From: Takakia lepidozioides
Lineage: Eukaryota; Plantae; Bryophyta
Length of the DNA stretch: 64,000 nt
Assembly (NCBI GenBank): GCA_030704615.1
Contig: CM060731.1
Coordinates: forward strand, 26,784,001-26,848,000
Direction of reading: 5' to 3'
How positions within the stretch are numbered: the first letter of the stretch is position 1; every line of letters starts with the position of its first letter. The notes beneath the pieces are model-generated. The model worked only from the letters and a program-made list of their open reading frames with translations. It had not been told where the DNA came from and made no database searches. Below are positions 50,821 through 63,750 of the stretch, piece after piece. The position numbers and the translations under genes were made by a program.

Positions 50821-52219
50821 GTGCCTAAGTTACACCGTAACATTGGTATATTTTGGCCAAAGCTACGATGGGTGCAAGTGACAACAATTATTGTATCATT
50901 GTGTATAATAACTATTTTACTGTGGCAAACAAACCTCAGACTAGTCAAGTTGTTTCCGGGCCCATCTGATCCTGGTGGTGTTGTGATTTTCCAACTATAT
51001 AGTCATTATCCTTGTATTGAACCCATCCAAATGTTAAAACCACTTGTGGATAAAAGTAGAGCTCAATATAGAATGATGCTTGGTAATATTAATGACGCGT
51101 CCATCATGGGTGTACATGGAAAAATATTTTACTATGCCAAAGTGACAATCGATGGGAAGATATATCATCTAATAATAGATACTGGGAGTGATTTTACTTG
51201 GATAAAATGTTGCTGGCATTTGTCCGACGTGGGGGACATTTGTGCCAAAGTACGTTTACATACGACTATGCACGTTTATACTATCTAAAAAATCATTGTA
51301 TAAATAGGTTTTTGTTTTACCAAGGCCTACATGAGTCGATAAAGGGGGAGAGGAGGGGGAGACTTATTATAATACCACTAGTAAATATGTTCAATTTTTA
51401 TATGTAAAATATCTGGTGTAACATATAGTAAAATCATGTTTTATTTTATAGGGAGATAATGAACTCTATGAACCGACCTTATCCAGTCTGGTGTATTGTC
51501 AAACTGACTTCAACTGTGAAATCTCGAATTCATTTCTCTTCTCTTTTTTAAATTCATACGGATTTACAAATTCTTTCATCCAAAATTTTTTTCTTGAGTT
51601 TTTTCATTCGTTTTCTTTTTTCTTAAAAACGATCACCATAATTTTTCCCAACACACACCCACACACACATACATACATTTTCAACCCCTCCCAAGCCCCA
51701 TAATTATAAAAACCCCAATGGCCATGAACCCCAATACCCAATAAGACCAAACCACACTGAGAGTGTGATGTTTGTAACCTATATTCCCGCATATATGTAA
51801 ATATATTACCAACATGATGTAAATTTTACAACTGTGGGATAAATTGCGCACAACAGATGGGAAACAACAAACACAAAAGATGGCATGCTTGCCTTGAGCG
51901 GATCCGACCATGCACTACCTGCACAACTGAAAAAATACGGTGTCATTGGAAAGAATATAATGGGGCATTGCTTCAACCTTATTACAGAACTTGATCCATC
52001 AGGCTATCTGTTTATAGGAAACCACATTATTACTAGAAGCCGACGAATAGTTTGGACAGAATTAGTCCATCCACCTGAAATTCCACGGTAAGCCTAACTA
52101 TAATATATGAAATCATGTGAGAATTGCAACTTGTTGTTAACATGTTTCTTATATAATTTTTTTCCGGAATAATTGAAAAAAAAAATCCCTTGTACCTATT
52201 TACTTTGTAGCCTGATTAA

Positions 52220-52250
<31 letters not shown>

Positions 52251-53871
52251 TACTAAACTGAATCTCTATTGCATTCTTTCTTTACATGATACATGTAATA
52301 GTTTTTTTTTAAGTGCACCGATTGATGATATCCCAGAGTTTAATAACAACACGTTAATCCTTGTGCTTAATGTTTGTGCAGCACGAGAGCATTTCACATA
52401 GCACGACTTTCACGCATCTGTTATGGAAAAGATTCCATCGTTTTACACGACAAATATCAACTTCTTCTTTTTGATACTGGCACCACATATACACATCTTT
52501 TTAAGGATATCTATGATATATTACTTTCTTTGGTATTTATTTTTCTCTCAAAATAAATATAAGACATGTAGTGGTTACTAGGGCGAGTGCTTTGATCTGA
52601 GTGGTGTTGATTCACATATTTGTTTGTGTCTTCAGTGAGGTTACATTGTGCATAATGTTTTTTTTGTGCATAATAATAATAACAATATAATGTTATTTAA
52701 GAAATTAATAATTTCCGAAACAGGTGCGAAAACACATTCAAGTTTTAGGAAAATCGACATCATTAGTTGAGACATGTGACATAGCTGAAAAAGATCGACC
52801 TCATGTTTGTTGGGATTTTCCAAAGTAAGTGAATGCGGTTACAAGGCGGTTTCCCCGTTGTTTGAAGCCCATGGTTATTTATTCTTTCATAATTGGGCAA
52901 TCCAGGGTCCAGAATCTCTCAACTTCCAGTGGTTGCATCGCAGTCTCCTCCCAGTGGTCGAAAGTTTATCCTTGGCTACTACATTGTGCACAGTGGTTTA
53001 TATACTATATATAAAACTACAGATATAATTGAACTTGATATGTATAATATCATCTATACTGTAAGAAAATACTAATATTTTTATGTTGACACAGCGAGGG
53101 TGGTACCTATAATTTGGAGAATATAATTTTTCAATTTCAGGATGGAGGAATTTTGGAAATTCATCCCGATATATTCTTAAAGAGATATTGGAAACAGGCA
53201 AGTGGCTAAACTATTTGTTGTATTGCCGCACTATGATGCTCTTAATATCATTTTTTATTCTTTTTTTGTTGTATATATATATATATATATGGTAAGGGCG
53301 GAAAAGGGAGCCCGGCGGAGTCAGCTCCCAAAAGAACTATGTCAAATATCATTGTTATTCTTATTTTAAATTCTAAAAAACAAGTACGACGAAGCCTCCC
53401 TTGAAAGGAAGCGTAAGTTTTGGTGTGCACACTTGAAGCCGGCTAGGCTGATTTACGGCCTTTCAGCGGGAAGGTGGTGACACCAATCGGTGGACTGTAC
53501 AGAACCCACGAGAGGTGCTTGTGTGTGTGTGTGCCCATTACGTATACCCACACAGGGCTACACCTTGGTTTTCCAATCCACCATAACTTAAACGGGATTT
53601 TTTTATTGAAAAATAAATGCATTTGCATTGAAATTAGACCAGTGAGGGAGTTCATACGTATTTACTACCCTATTATCTCCATCCAATGCAGGATGGAAAT
53701 CGAAATATAGTAGAGGTTCATTTCCTTGTTTTACCACCATTCTTCCCCGACAAAGAACCAGATTATAATTTATTTGGAAGTTTAATGATGCGAGGCCATG
53801 TATTTATATATGATCATAAACTCGACCGTGTTGGATGGATGAAAGACCAAAACTGTCAACATCTTCGATAA
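50821..53871 (+). pseudogene. Plant A1 aspartic protease (nucellin/Asp1-like), multi-exon, probably disrupted
   Basis: YYAKVTID...HLIIDTGSDFTWIKC; DGMLALS...LPAQLKKYGVIGKNIMGHCF...GYLFIG; LLFDTGTTYTHL; NLFGSLMMRGHVFIYDHKLDRVGW; N-terminal hydrophobic helix. The expected Y.DG...G...D/FGC segment is not recognisable (unrelated sequence ~51520-51850). Confidence 0.8.
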
Positions 53872-54238
53872 CCAAAAGCTCAAATAGGTAAAACGATCAA
53901 GCTTAGTTTTTATAAACATATTTTAAAAAGTAGTCATTTTGCTAAAACTTATGAGCTAATGGAATGATCCACCAGCTTATATATATATATATTACCTCTC
54001 CAAAGAATCACTGAAAGACTTATTCCTATGCAATGTAAATAGAAAAAATAGATGAATAAATCTGAAAAAAATGATATCCGTCCAACGCACAACATAGTTT
54101 GGTGCCGAAAGGCTAATACGCCCCCCACCTAATACCAACTCTTGTACCACACCGTATATAGTCCCTGAACCTAGGTACACCCCCACTCTTCAACTCTCCC
54201 ACCAAACGTCGATATTAAATCTTTATCAAACCCACCAT

Positions 54239-55850
54239 ATGGGCATCCATACTAACTCCCACACATTAAACCCTGTCATACACACCTCAACGACTAGCTC
54301 CACTCTTATCCACTATGTTACCCCTAATATTACCCCCCACATACATTCTTATAATATCTATCCCCCATACATACCTACTCTATGGCCACTCAAACCCCAC
54401 TTTGTAACCCACTGCCCGCACGGTAGATATCCCCAGAAACCCCTTGCATCAAAACACTCCATTCATCACCCGCCATCATACCACGAAACCGATACACTAA
54501 TATGCACGACACTTATACTTTTACGCTGCGGCGACATCCACCCAAACCCAGGTCCCCTCACCATCACCAACATCATTAACAAACTCCCAAGCGACCCGCA
54601 AGACTTCCAGGAAAACACTGTCTCACTCGTACTTGCGACCACTTCTCCCCCTTTCTTCTCAACCCATCCACCAACAACCGCAAACCCACACAACCAATTG
54701 CCACCTTTGGGCTTGCCACTTGCCAGCATCCGTTACTTGTCAGTGTCATCCATCAACTTAATACATACCCAAAGCAACACCTTTTCTTTTCACTAATTGT
54801 CATCATCCCCAATCCCCTCAATATGCAATGATTACTTTAGAACCCATCCAGTCAAACACATACACTCTCTCCTACAACAACTGCATTGATTACCCGTACA
54901 AATCCATAACTACCTAGCACCACCACACTTCTTACACAACCTCCACGAATCCCTCCACCTCCTACAAACCAAGCTTGGAGAAGTCCATAAAATACTAGGT
55001 GAACACTTAGCACACCCAACCGCAACCACACACAAGCCGGATAATATCACCAACAAATTCCCATTCTTCTCCAAAAATATTCTCGCTGCTAACTCCCTAG
55101 CTAAGACCGACATCCCTAGACATCAACCTCCACATATGACATCACCACCCACCCCCCAACCCTCCACACATAACCTCACCAGACCCCAACCGCCTAGACC
55201 CCCCATACCTCCCAGCTCCCCACACACCACCCCCTCCCCACACGGACACTCACTCAACATCACAACTTGGAATGTAGGTTCACTGGCCACCAACTTTCAA
55301 AGCCTAATTCATCTCCTCACAGACACCGCACCCCCGCATATCATTCTATTACAAGAAACTAAACTCAACACAAATACCCCCAATAGTTCCTATATCAATA
55401 AACTTCTCCCAGCATTCTACATGGGCAACCCCCTCTCCGCTGCACAATGCCTGGTCAGACCCTCCGTGCCATACCACCCCACCTGGGGCGGGGTCGCGTT
55501 CGGTATCCTCCATACACATCACTCCCTTAATACCACGGTTAAAATACCTGTTGATCTCCCCCTTTGTTCACATCTCCAAATCATCAAACTACACCTTTCC
55601 GCGCTTCCCCCCCATTATCCTTATACATCTATACATGCCCTCACACATAGACGATCTCCCTTTGATACTTGATATTTTACTCACAATCTCAAACATACTC
55701 ACCCAGCCCTCGACCCATCCCCAACACTACTAGCAGATGACTTCAACAGAGACATTGCCATCCTAGGCCACACATGTAATGGCACACACAAGCCCCCTTC
55801 CCCAATGGACCATGAATGGGCTAAATTCACCAAAACACACCACCTTCATT
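54239..55850 (+). mobile_element. Non-LTR retrotransposon 5' fragment: 2A-like motif and AP endonuclease domain
   Basis: LILLRCGDIHPNPGP; SLNITTWNVGSL...HIILLQETKL; GGVAFGI; IILIHLYMPSH; DDFNRDIAILG. Confidence 0.85.
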
Positions 55851-55983
55851 AATGCAACTTCTTGATGCAGGTTACTTGGGCAATCTGCCTTGATGCTCTC
55901 CCCTTGTTCTATTTCATCTCCCCCCTGTTATTGATCTGTTGGTTCTGAGTGGAACCTCATTCCTCTGCTTCCATGGCTTTGTA

Positions 55984-56022
<39 letters not shown>

Positions 56023-56755
56023 AATATATTTTATAAAATTTAAATAAATAAATAAATAAATTTACTATTAATAAATTTTCCAGGGCTACAATCCCTCTGT
56101 TTTCTCTCGCCTCTCATTTTTTAATATTAGCATCTTCAATGCATCTATGGGCCCCACCAGTACGGCCCATGGGGTGAGCTCATAAGCCCACTGCCTATTC
56201 ACCGGGTCGGCCAGATTCTGAAATTTTGCAAGTCCTTGTTCATCTACCGCGGCGGACCTTCTAGCGGACTGGCAGACCCTCCAGCAAACGGGGCAGACCC
56301 TCCTCCAGTAGACCGACGAGCAGACTAACTCCAATCTTCGAGCGGACTGGCATACCCTTCGACAAAATATATATTTAGTATTCGCACGCCCAATTATATA
56401 TATAAAAGGGGACTTTAGCCCTGGAAAATTTATTCGCACGCCCAATTGTTTATATATATATATATATGTATATATAGAGAGAGAGAGAGAAAAAAAAAAA
56501 AAAAACCTCTCATTGAACAATATTAGCATCTTCAATGCCCGCGCGTGTGGCTGGCGGCAAGGCCCGCGTGTGGCAGAGGCGTCGTGGAGGGTGGGAGCCC
56601 CCCCGGACCCGGCCGGTCTACTGCTAGGTGGCAAGCTAGTCTGCTGGGGCCCACAATATACACATAAAGCATTAGTTATTTCAAAGGTTTGTAGAAAGTG
56701 GTGGGTAATACTGCGGTGGTTAAGAGCAATAAACAATAAACACAAGGTTTGGTGT

Positions 56756-57679
56756 TCAAATCGTGTCAAGTTGTAATGTGGCAATAATGCAAAATGAAGG
56801 CCTTGCTTGGTGCCTGCAGAATCCATGGCAATGTGAAGATGGCTGAGCATGCGGCATATTTAGGCAGGTGGGGCGGTTGAATTGGGGGGTCGTGTGGAAC
56901 GTTGAGAGAGAGGTGAGCTGCGGGGTAGTGTAGTTGTTGAGGGGCAGACAAATCCCACAGAGTTTGAGTGAGCGGATGCAGAGGTGAGAGTTAATCTTAG
57001 CGCATTGCGTAGAGAGCACTTTTAGAGGGAGATGGTGTGGGAATTGTTGGTCTTGATGTTGTAGCATTTTGAGATCATGGATGCTTTGCGGGTGCAGCGA
57101 GAGTGTTGCAAGTGCGAGGGAGCTGTGCAAACTCAGTGGCTTGGTATTGCAAAACATGGAGAGGTGTTATACAATCACGAGAGCCTATGGTAATAGTAAG
57201 GAGGGAAAAGACTAGTTGCTTGAGCCTGTGCATAGTGAGTCGTGAGTATTCCGCGCAGTTGCTCTAAGTGTTCACACATTAGCAGCATTGGTATTCATGG
57301 GATGGATGCTTGGCGGCTGTGTAGTGAATCCTGGCGGGTGGTGGGCTGGTGCAGGCAGTGCTAGGAGTGGCGCCTGAGTCTCTGCGTCAAAGCGGGGAGG
57401 AGCAGCCGGTGGCAGCTTGATGATGGGCGCTGGTGTGTATTGATGGGCCTGCACTTCTGCTCCATCGTTGGGGGTCTCATGTTCCGTGGGAAGATTGGTC
57501 AACCCTGGCGATGGAGGGAGCTTTTCCAGGATCATGTTTGCATGATTATAGAAGCTGGCCAGATTGGCCCCTAGATTCTGGGCGATGGATTCTTGGAGCG
57601 TGACTAGGTACTTGTGATGCTCTTCTTGCTGCGTTGCCACAGAGATGGTAACCCTAGCTTCCATGGCCACCGGGTCTTT
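56756..57679 (-). mobile_element. Probable retroelement fragment (ORF1-like C-terminus and start of next ORF), interrupted at 57680 and continuing at 62014-62500
   Basis: MAEIDKRLAAQAISIKMNIKG (62081-62014) joins KDPVAMEARVTISVATQQEEHH (57679-57272); C/A-rich sense strand like neighbouring LINE pieces. Confidence 0.45.
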
Positions 57680-59519
57680 TGTCATGGTTTTAGTCATGGT
57701 TATCTAGAATTACCTACTTCTAGTTAACTAGGACATTTTAGATATTTATATTTATATTTTGTGTGTTGGGACTTCAATGGGTCTCACATGCCAAGTAAGG
57801 TGTCGAGCCTCACTTGGGACATGGGGATAGGTTTTCCCCTTGTGAGGATGGAGGAGGGCTCATCTTCTTGTAGTTGAGCCTCCATGAGCCTCTCCCACCT
57901 CCATAGCTCTAAGTATTGAGAAGGAGTGTGGTGAGGGCTTTGTAGGGTGGATTCCCTTAGCAAAGGTGCCCTTGGCTTGACTTAGTTTATGTGATTGAGT
58001 GGATTCATGAGTGGAGTGTTTCCATTATGTGTTCACTTCCATTATCACTACAAGAAGATCACCTTATGCTTGTGAGTGCGGAGTGTAAGGATTAGTTTTA
58101 GCACTTGTGTTGGTGTACACCAAGGAGTGAGAGAGCTAGGAAAGCTCAAGTATCTCACAAGGTTTGCAAAGTGTTGCAAGGAGGAGTGTTTTTTCATTGC
58201 ATCAAAGAGGTGGAGAGCTCAAGGAGAGAGCTCTTGAGTTACAAGACTTTGCAGAGGTGGAGAGCTTAAGGAGAGAGCTCTTGTATCACAAAGCTTGCAT
58301 GGTTTTGCAATGTAAGTGCTTGTATGTGCACTAAGGGTTTGAGAGCTTGGAAAAGAGCTCTTGCATCACAAGAGAAGCGTCTTGTGTGTGGAGAAGATAA
58401 ACACTAGGGTTTCGAGAGCAAGCTCTAGTACTTGTTCATGGTGTGAAAGAGAAGCCAAAGAGCGGCATATGCTTGGGTTGGAAACACCATAGAAGGAGTA
58501 CAACAAGGGTAGCTTGAGGAGCATTGAGTAGCTCAAGAGAAGCTAAGAAGTGGTTGTTCTATCCATGGTGAAATGAAGCCAAGTGGGGTTTCATTTGGTT
58601 GACAAACAAACAAGAAAAGGCGGCGCTAGAAGGGAGTGCTCTTGCTAGTTCTATGAGTTCTTGGATTGCTCTTGGTGAAGCAAGTGATTGACCAAGCAAG
58701 TGGCGCATGTGTGGAGCATGCTTTTCAAGTGTGGCTTCCAATTCAAGCTTGAGGAGAGCTAGAAGGTGAAGTGAGCAAGTTCATTCCTTGTGTATGAGGT
58801 GGTGCATGTTGTGGAAGAAAAACCAAGGAGCTACATAGGCTAGGGCTTGAAGACAACAAAAACAACCACTTGGAGAGCATCAAGAAGCTCAAGATGACTC
58901 CAAAGGGAAGCATGTGGGTGAGAATTCTATCCATGATGATGTGAAACCAAGCCTAGAGTATTGAAGAGCTTGGAGCACATGTGGGAGATCATTGGAGGTG
59001 GTCTTCATGAAGAAAGGAGATTGTGGCTCACGGCGTGCATAACAACTTCAACCATACATTAGCATGTGACAAGACAAGGAAGGGGAAGGTGAAGCTCATA
59101 TATTCATTCCCTTTTTGCTTAAGTTTTATGGTGGATGGTTGATCAAGCAAGTGATGCTTATGTGGAGCATGCTCTTTAGGGCTTGTGACTTCAAGTTTGA
59201 GAAGATGAGCTCTTGAATAGAGGTGTGGATACACATTATGATGAATGAAGACAACACCTAGGTCAAGAGGTGGAAGCATGTGTGACTAGCCCATGCAAGG
59301 GAAAGCACATGGAAGATGGCATACAAAATTCAAATTCAAGCAAGGCTTGGCGCTGTCATTGGGCACATTAGCGTGCTATGAGTTCCAAGGAGATCAAGAG
59401 GAACTTGTCAATTTGGGATGAATGCATTGCAAAGTAAGATAATGCAATCTTGCATGCATGTAAGGGGGGAAGATACCATGAAGAAGGTGTTTCTTACTAT
59501 ACTCTACAAACCCTAGTCT

Positions 59520-59712
59520 CCATATTCTTCAAGAAACTGTGTATGGGCTCCCTCTGCCCATCATACACTTTTTTGAACAGAGTATGGAACCCCTCTGCCC
59601 AACATACACTTTTGTGAACAGTGTATGGGCCCCCTCTGCCCAACATACGTTTTTGTGAACAGTGTATGGGCTCCCTCTGCCCCTCCATACACTTTTGTGA
59701 ACAGTGTATGGA
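59520..59712. repeat. ~40-bp tandem repeat, 4-5 copies, each with internal dyad symmetry
   Basis: aacagtgtatgggctccctctgcccaacatacacttttgtg. Confidence 0.85.
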
Positions 59713-59919
59713 TACAAGTGGAGAGACTTTGCCCACCATATTTTTTCATTAAAAGTGTATGACATCTATTTGCCTTTGGAGGATCTTTGGGGGGGGCCAT
59801 TTGAGGAGCTTTTGGAATACACTTTGAGGAGCCTTTGTAAGACACATTGAAGAGCTCTTGAAGGGGTGTTTGGAGGACTGTTTGGAGAACTGTTGGGGGT
59901 CCTTGAAGACCAATATTCT

Positions 59920-61222
59920 CCGCACTGGAGACACGACAGCCACTATGACTGCCAATGAGAGGGATCGGATCCTACAACGAGCTATTAAGAGGTTCAAGTG
60001 GGAGGGGACACACCTGCTCCGAGTGTGGGAGGATGGTCAAGTGAGGATTGTGCCTCACCCAATACAACGGGCACGGTTAGTGTGGCATGCCCATGAGGAG
60101 TTGGGGCATTTTGGGGTGCGACGCTTCATTCAACGCCCCTACACCACAATTACACCCTCTTCCGATCATCGTATTGGGCTACAGGTGGAGTCTTGACTTC
60201 GCAGGGCCGTTGCCACTGACATGCGCCACAACAAGTACTTGTTGGTGATGGTGGAGCACTTCTCCAAGTGGATCGAGTTGGTTTCATTGCCTGATAAAGC
60301 TAGTAAGGGAGCTGCGTATGCATTCTTGGATCATGTACTTAGCCGATTTGGTGCTCCAGCCGAGGTACTCACGGACCAGGGAAGAGAGTTCTTGGGGGAG
60401 TTTCAAGCTTTGTGTGAGCAAGCTTTGATAGATCACCGCACTACTTCTCAGGATCATCTCGAGGCTGATGGCTTGGCCGAGAGGGTTGTGCAAACAGTCA
60501 AGCGAGGCTTGCGCAAATATGGCTTGTAGAAGGGACACTTGAGAGATCGGGACCTTCAGCTACCTTGGTTGGCCATGGGCATCACTTGCCTCATTCTCGC
60601 CTTATTTCCTTCTCTTTGGCCGAGAGCCAGATTTACCTGCATCTATTCGTAGGGAGACTGCAGTAATCCTCAACCTTGATGATCCGGATGTGTGGACACA
60701 AGCATGTGCCCAACGGGCAGAGTTGTTCAAAGAAAGTCATGCCTATGGCTTTTGAGAACCTTGCTATTGCCCAACACCGAGACACATTGAGGTACGCCAC
60801 TATATGTGGAGGGGGATATCGGCCAGGTGTTTGGCATTTCCATCCTGGGGACTATGTGTATCTGTAGCAGACAGCGCCTACGACCTTGGATTTCACAGCA
60901 GGTCGTGTGATTCTAAGGGTCCGGGAGGTGTTGCCTTTAGGAGTGTTGATTCTGGAGGGTCGAGATGGCATGGTATGGAAGGACCATGTGCGCACTTGTG
61001 CGCCATATCACCTTCCACATGTGGATGGGAGGATAGATCCCAACCTTTGCAGTGGTACCTGTAGGGTTGCGTTGCATGCTATGTGGGCATGCTGGTGATG
61101 CCGCGACCATGTTGGTGTGTGACAAATGCTCAAGGCGGTGGCACATGGGATGCTTGACACCGCCACTTGAGGAGGTTCCTAGTGGAGAATGGTTGTGTCC
61201 ACGATGCCTTGGACAGAGGTAG
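59920..61222 (+). pseudogene. Gypsy integrase (partial HHCC, rve core) with C-terminal PHD finger
   Basis: AHEELGHFGVRR; WSLDFAGPLP; VMVEHFSKWIE; RFGAPAEVLTDQGREF; ADGLAERVVQTVK; CMLC...MLVCDKCSRRWHMGCLTPPLEEVPSGEWLCPRC. Confidence 0.9.
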
Positions 61223-62499
61223 TGGGGCATGACAGTGGCGAGGTTGACAAGTGATCCAAGGCTAACGGGAGTTCGATGCCATGGATACCCAATTGAAGCC
61301 ATGGATTGCAGGAAGGCGAGTAACGATGGGGCTACTTTTGCACCCGGCCTCTTGATCTATTGACTTCAGATAGTGGGACTTGGGTGATTGATGACTAAAC
61401 GATGATCTTATTGGGATGGATACTTGTCAGCTATCTGATGTTAGAGGGACCTAATCACCGGCTAGGGGGGCGATTGTGGTATAACTTTCTAGGATTGTGT
61501 GCTTAGATTGTGTGTGGACAACGATGTATGTTGTGGCACGATGCTTAGGTGCATGACAGCGGTCATGGTTTTAGTCATGGTTATCTAGAATTACCTACTT
61601 CTAGTTAACTAGGACATTTTAGATATTTATATTTATATTTTGTGTGTTGGGACTTCAATGGGTCTCATATGCCAAGTGAGGTGTTGAGCCTCACTTGGGA
61701 CATGGGGATAGGTTTTCCCCTTGTGAAGATGGAGGAGGCTCATCTTCTTATAGTTGAGCCTCCATGAGCCTCTCCCACCTCCATAGCTCTAGGTATTGAG
61801 AGGAAGTGTGGTGAGGGCTTTGTAGGGTGGATTCCTTTAGCAAAGGTGCCTTTGGCTTGACTTAGTTTATGTGATTGAGTGGATTCATGAGTGGAGTGTT
61901 TCCATTGTGTGTTCACTTCCATTATCATTGTGGTATAGCTTTCTAGGATTGTGTGCTTAGATTGTGTGGTGGACAACGATGTATGTTGTGGCACGATGCT
62001 TAGGTGCATAACATTTCCTTTGATGTTCATTTTGATGGAGATGGCCTGGGCGGCTAATCGTTTGTCAATCTCAGCCATCATGTTGTCGTGACCACGCTTG
62101 TGGCTGGAGTCTGTCTTGAAGCTGGTTTTTGTTGCAATCCTAATAGGCTTTCACTTGATGTCAGATTTCTCAAACTTTGGGGACGCCGAAGAGGAGGGGC
62201 CAACAATTTATCCATTGCGGTGGGATTTGGTCTGGCTAGGTGCATGAATCAATGTAGTATAGCTGCATATGAGGCACTGTTTCCCCCATGAATTCCTGAA
62301 GGTGGTGATAGTGAATGTTGACGTTCTAGAGTCTTTTCAACGTCTGCACACGATTTATCCCATGCTATCTTAGCTACTATGGTAAGATCAAATAATAGCA
62401 CAGTAGACAAAGTATTAACAATTGTTGAGGGTCCATACACAACGGGCCTTCCAAAGATGCCACAATGTAGCGCATCAGAGTGTTTTCGACTGTTTGGTT

Positions 62500-62900
62500 G
62501 AGCTATTGGTTTGGATGTTTGGTTGTAGTTTTGAAGAATGTGGACAGGAAACATCAGAAAGTTATCCCAAGTTCTATAGAAATTTTGAACCAATGGCCAG
62601 ATGGAGTGGGGAGCATGGCAGTGGATCACATAGTGTTTTAGGGTCTCCATGGAGCCCACCGAACAACATGAGTAGAACAGAGCTTCATTGAAGTTGATAT
62701 ATTGTCCCACCTTCAATACTCTATTAGCCACCTACCATAGAAAGACACTCAGTTTTTCCGCTTTCGTTTTCTCCCAGATACGTGCCCAGATACATTTCCA
62801 GTTTTCGTCACAAAGAGAGAGAGAGGGAGAAAAGACTCCGGCCAAAGCCGATGCAACTAAGAGCCACTTCGCCTGACGACTACTGCCCCATTTCAGGAGT
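62500..62900 (-). pseudogene. L1-type LINE zf-RVT fragment
   Basis: WKCIWARIWEKTKAEKLSVFLW*VANRVLKVG...CSVGSMETLKHYVIHC...IW. Confidence 0.7.
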
Positions 62901-63159
62901 GGGCCATATAAAGAAGATAGGTTGCGCTTGCCGGTACCTAGGATAGAGGTTACCTTGGATGCTGCTGGGTTGGAATATTCCAGTTGCCGTTTATTAGTGA
63001 TAATTGCTGTCAAGGAATAGATCATTGTGAGGTGGATTTCTTTGAAGCATTTGTGAATGAAGGTGATGGGGATTTTGAAGTTATTGAATATTGTGTTGAC
63101 ACTATCATTGTGGATGCCACCTCTAGTTCCAACACTGATGACGGTGAGTGGTCCAGTTG

Positions 63160-63750
63160 CGTATTTCCCCCATTTGGATAAGGTAGAAGTGTTGGGGTAT
63201 CGATCGTGACAATATGTAAATTCGACAAAGTAGATGGTGAGGTTGGGGATGGAGTAGTGGGTAGGAGTAGTGGGTAGGAGGACATTTATTGGTAAACCGG
63301 AGACAAGTAGGATGTCTGGACATAGTCTAGTAGGGCAACTACACCGTGAGCGTGGGCATGTACATGGAAGTAACCATGACGGGACAGTGTGGTCCGGGGG
63401 TCTGCCTTAGTAGGTGCCTACGTTAATGAGTGAGAACCATCTAGTCTGCGTATGACGCATGAGAAGTTTATGAATGTGCCACACTGCGTGATTCTGTCGA
63501 GTTATACGCAGTCCATGGATGATATGGTGGGTGCACTTGTTGAGGAGGTGTGGCCAAGTGTCTCGTTTTTGGTGGGTATGTGAGTAGAGTGGACAGTAGG
63601 GAGATGGGTATAGTTGTGGCCAGAAAGTATGTTTGCATTGGTGATCCATATATTGAGCGTATCTGAATTTGAGTGTTCGTCTTATTTGTGCATCAGTCGC
63701 AGTTTTGATATGCCAAAATTAGTTAGATAGTTTATGATTGAGTACCGAGG
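63160..63750 (-). pseudogene. Non-LTR retrotransposon C-terminus: zinc knuckle + restriction-like endonuclease
   Basis: CPLY...DTWPHLLNKCTH...RQNHAV; then RLCPDILLVSG...IYFVEFTYCHDRYP...KWGKY (PD-(D/E)xK RLE pattern). Confidence 0.75.

Larger units (their letters stand above)
57680..62013 (+). mobile_element. Deleted gypsy-type LTR element with integrase-PHD and permuted terminal repeats (A-internal-B-A-B)
   Basis: A1 57680-58052 matches A2 61561-61927. B1 61475-61558 matches B2 61929-62013. PPT AGGGGGGCGA directly before B1. Ends TGTCATG...CATAACA. Confidence 0.75.

Noticed and set aside
56086-56850. 254-aa minus-strand ORF
   Set aside because: Runs through poly-A/TA microsatellites and joins unrelated repeat fragments; not protein-like.
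58046-58056. CACTACAAGAA resembling an En/Spm terminus
   Set aside because: No matching TTCTTGTAGTG partner end found; better explained as the LTR end ...CACTACA.
57680-62013. DIRS/Ngaro tyrosine-recombinase element
   Set aside because: Repeat layout fits, but no YR or RT motifs are visible; the coding remnant is a gypsy DDE integrase with PPT.
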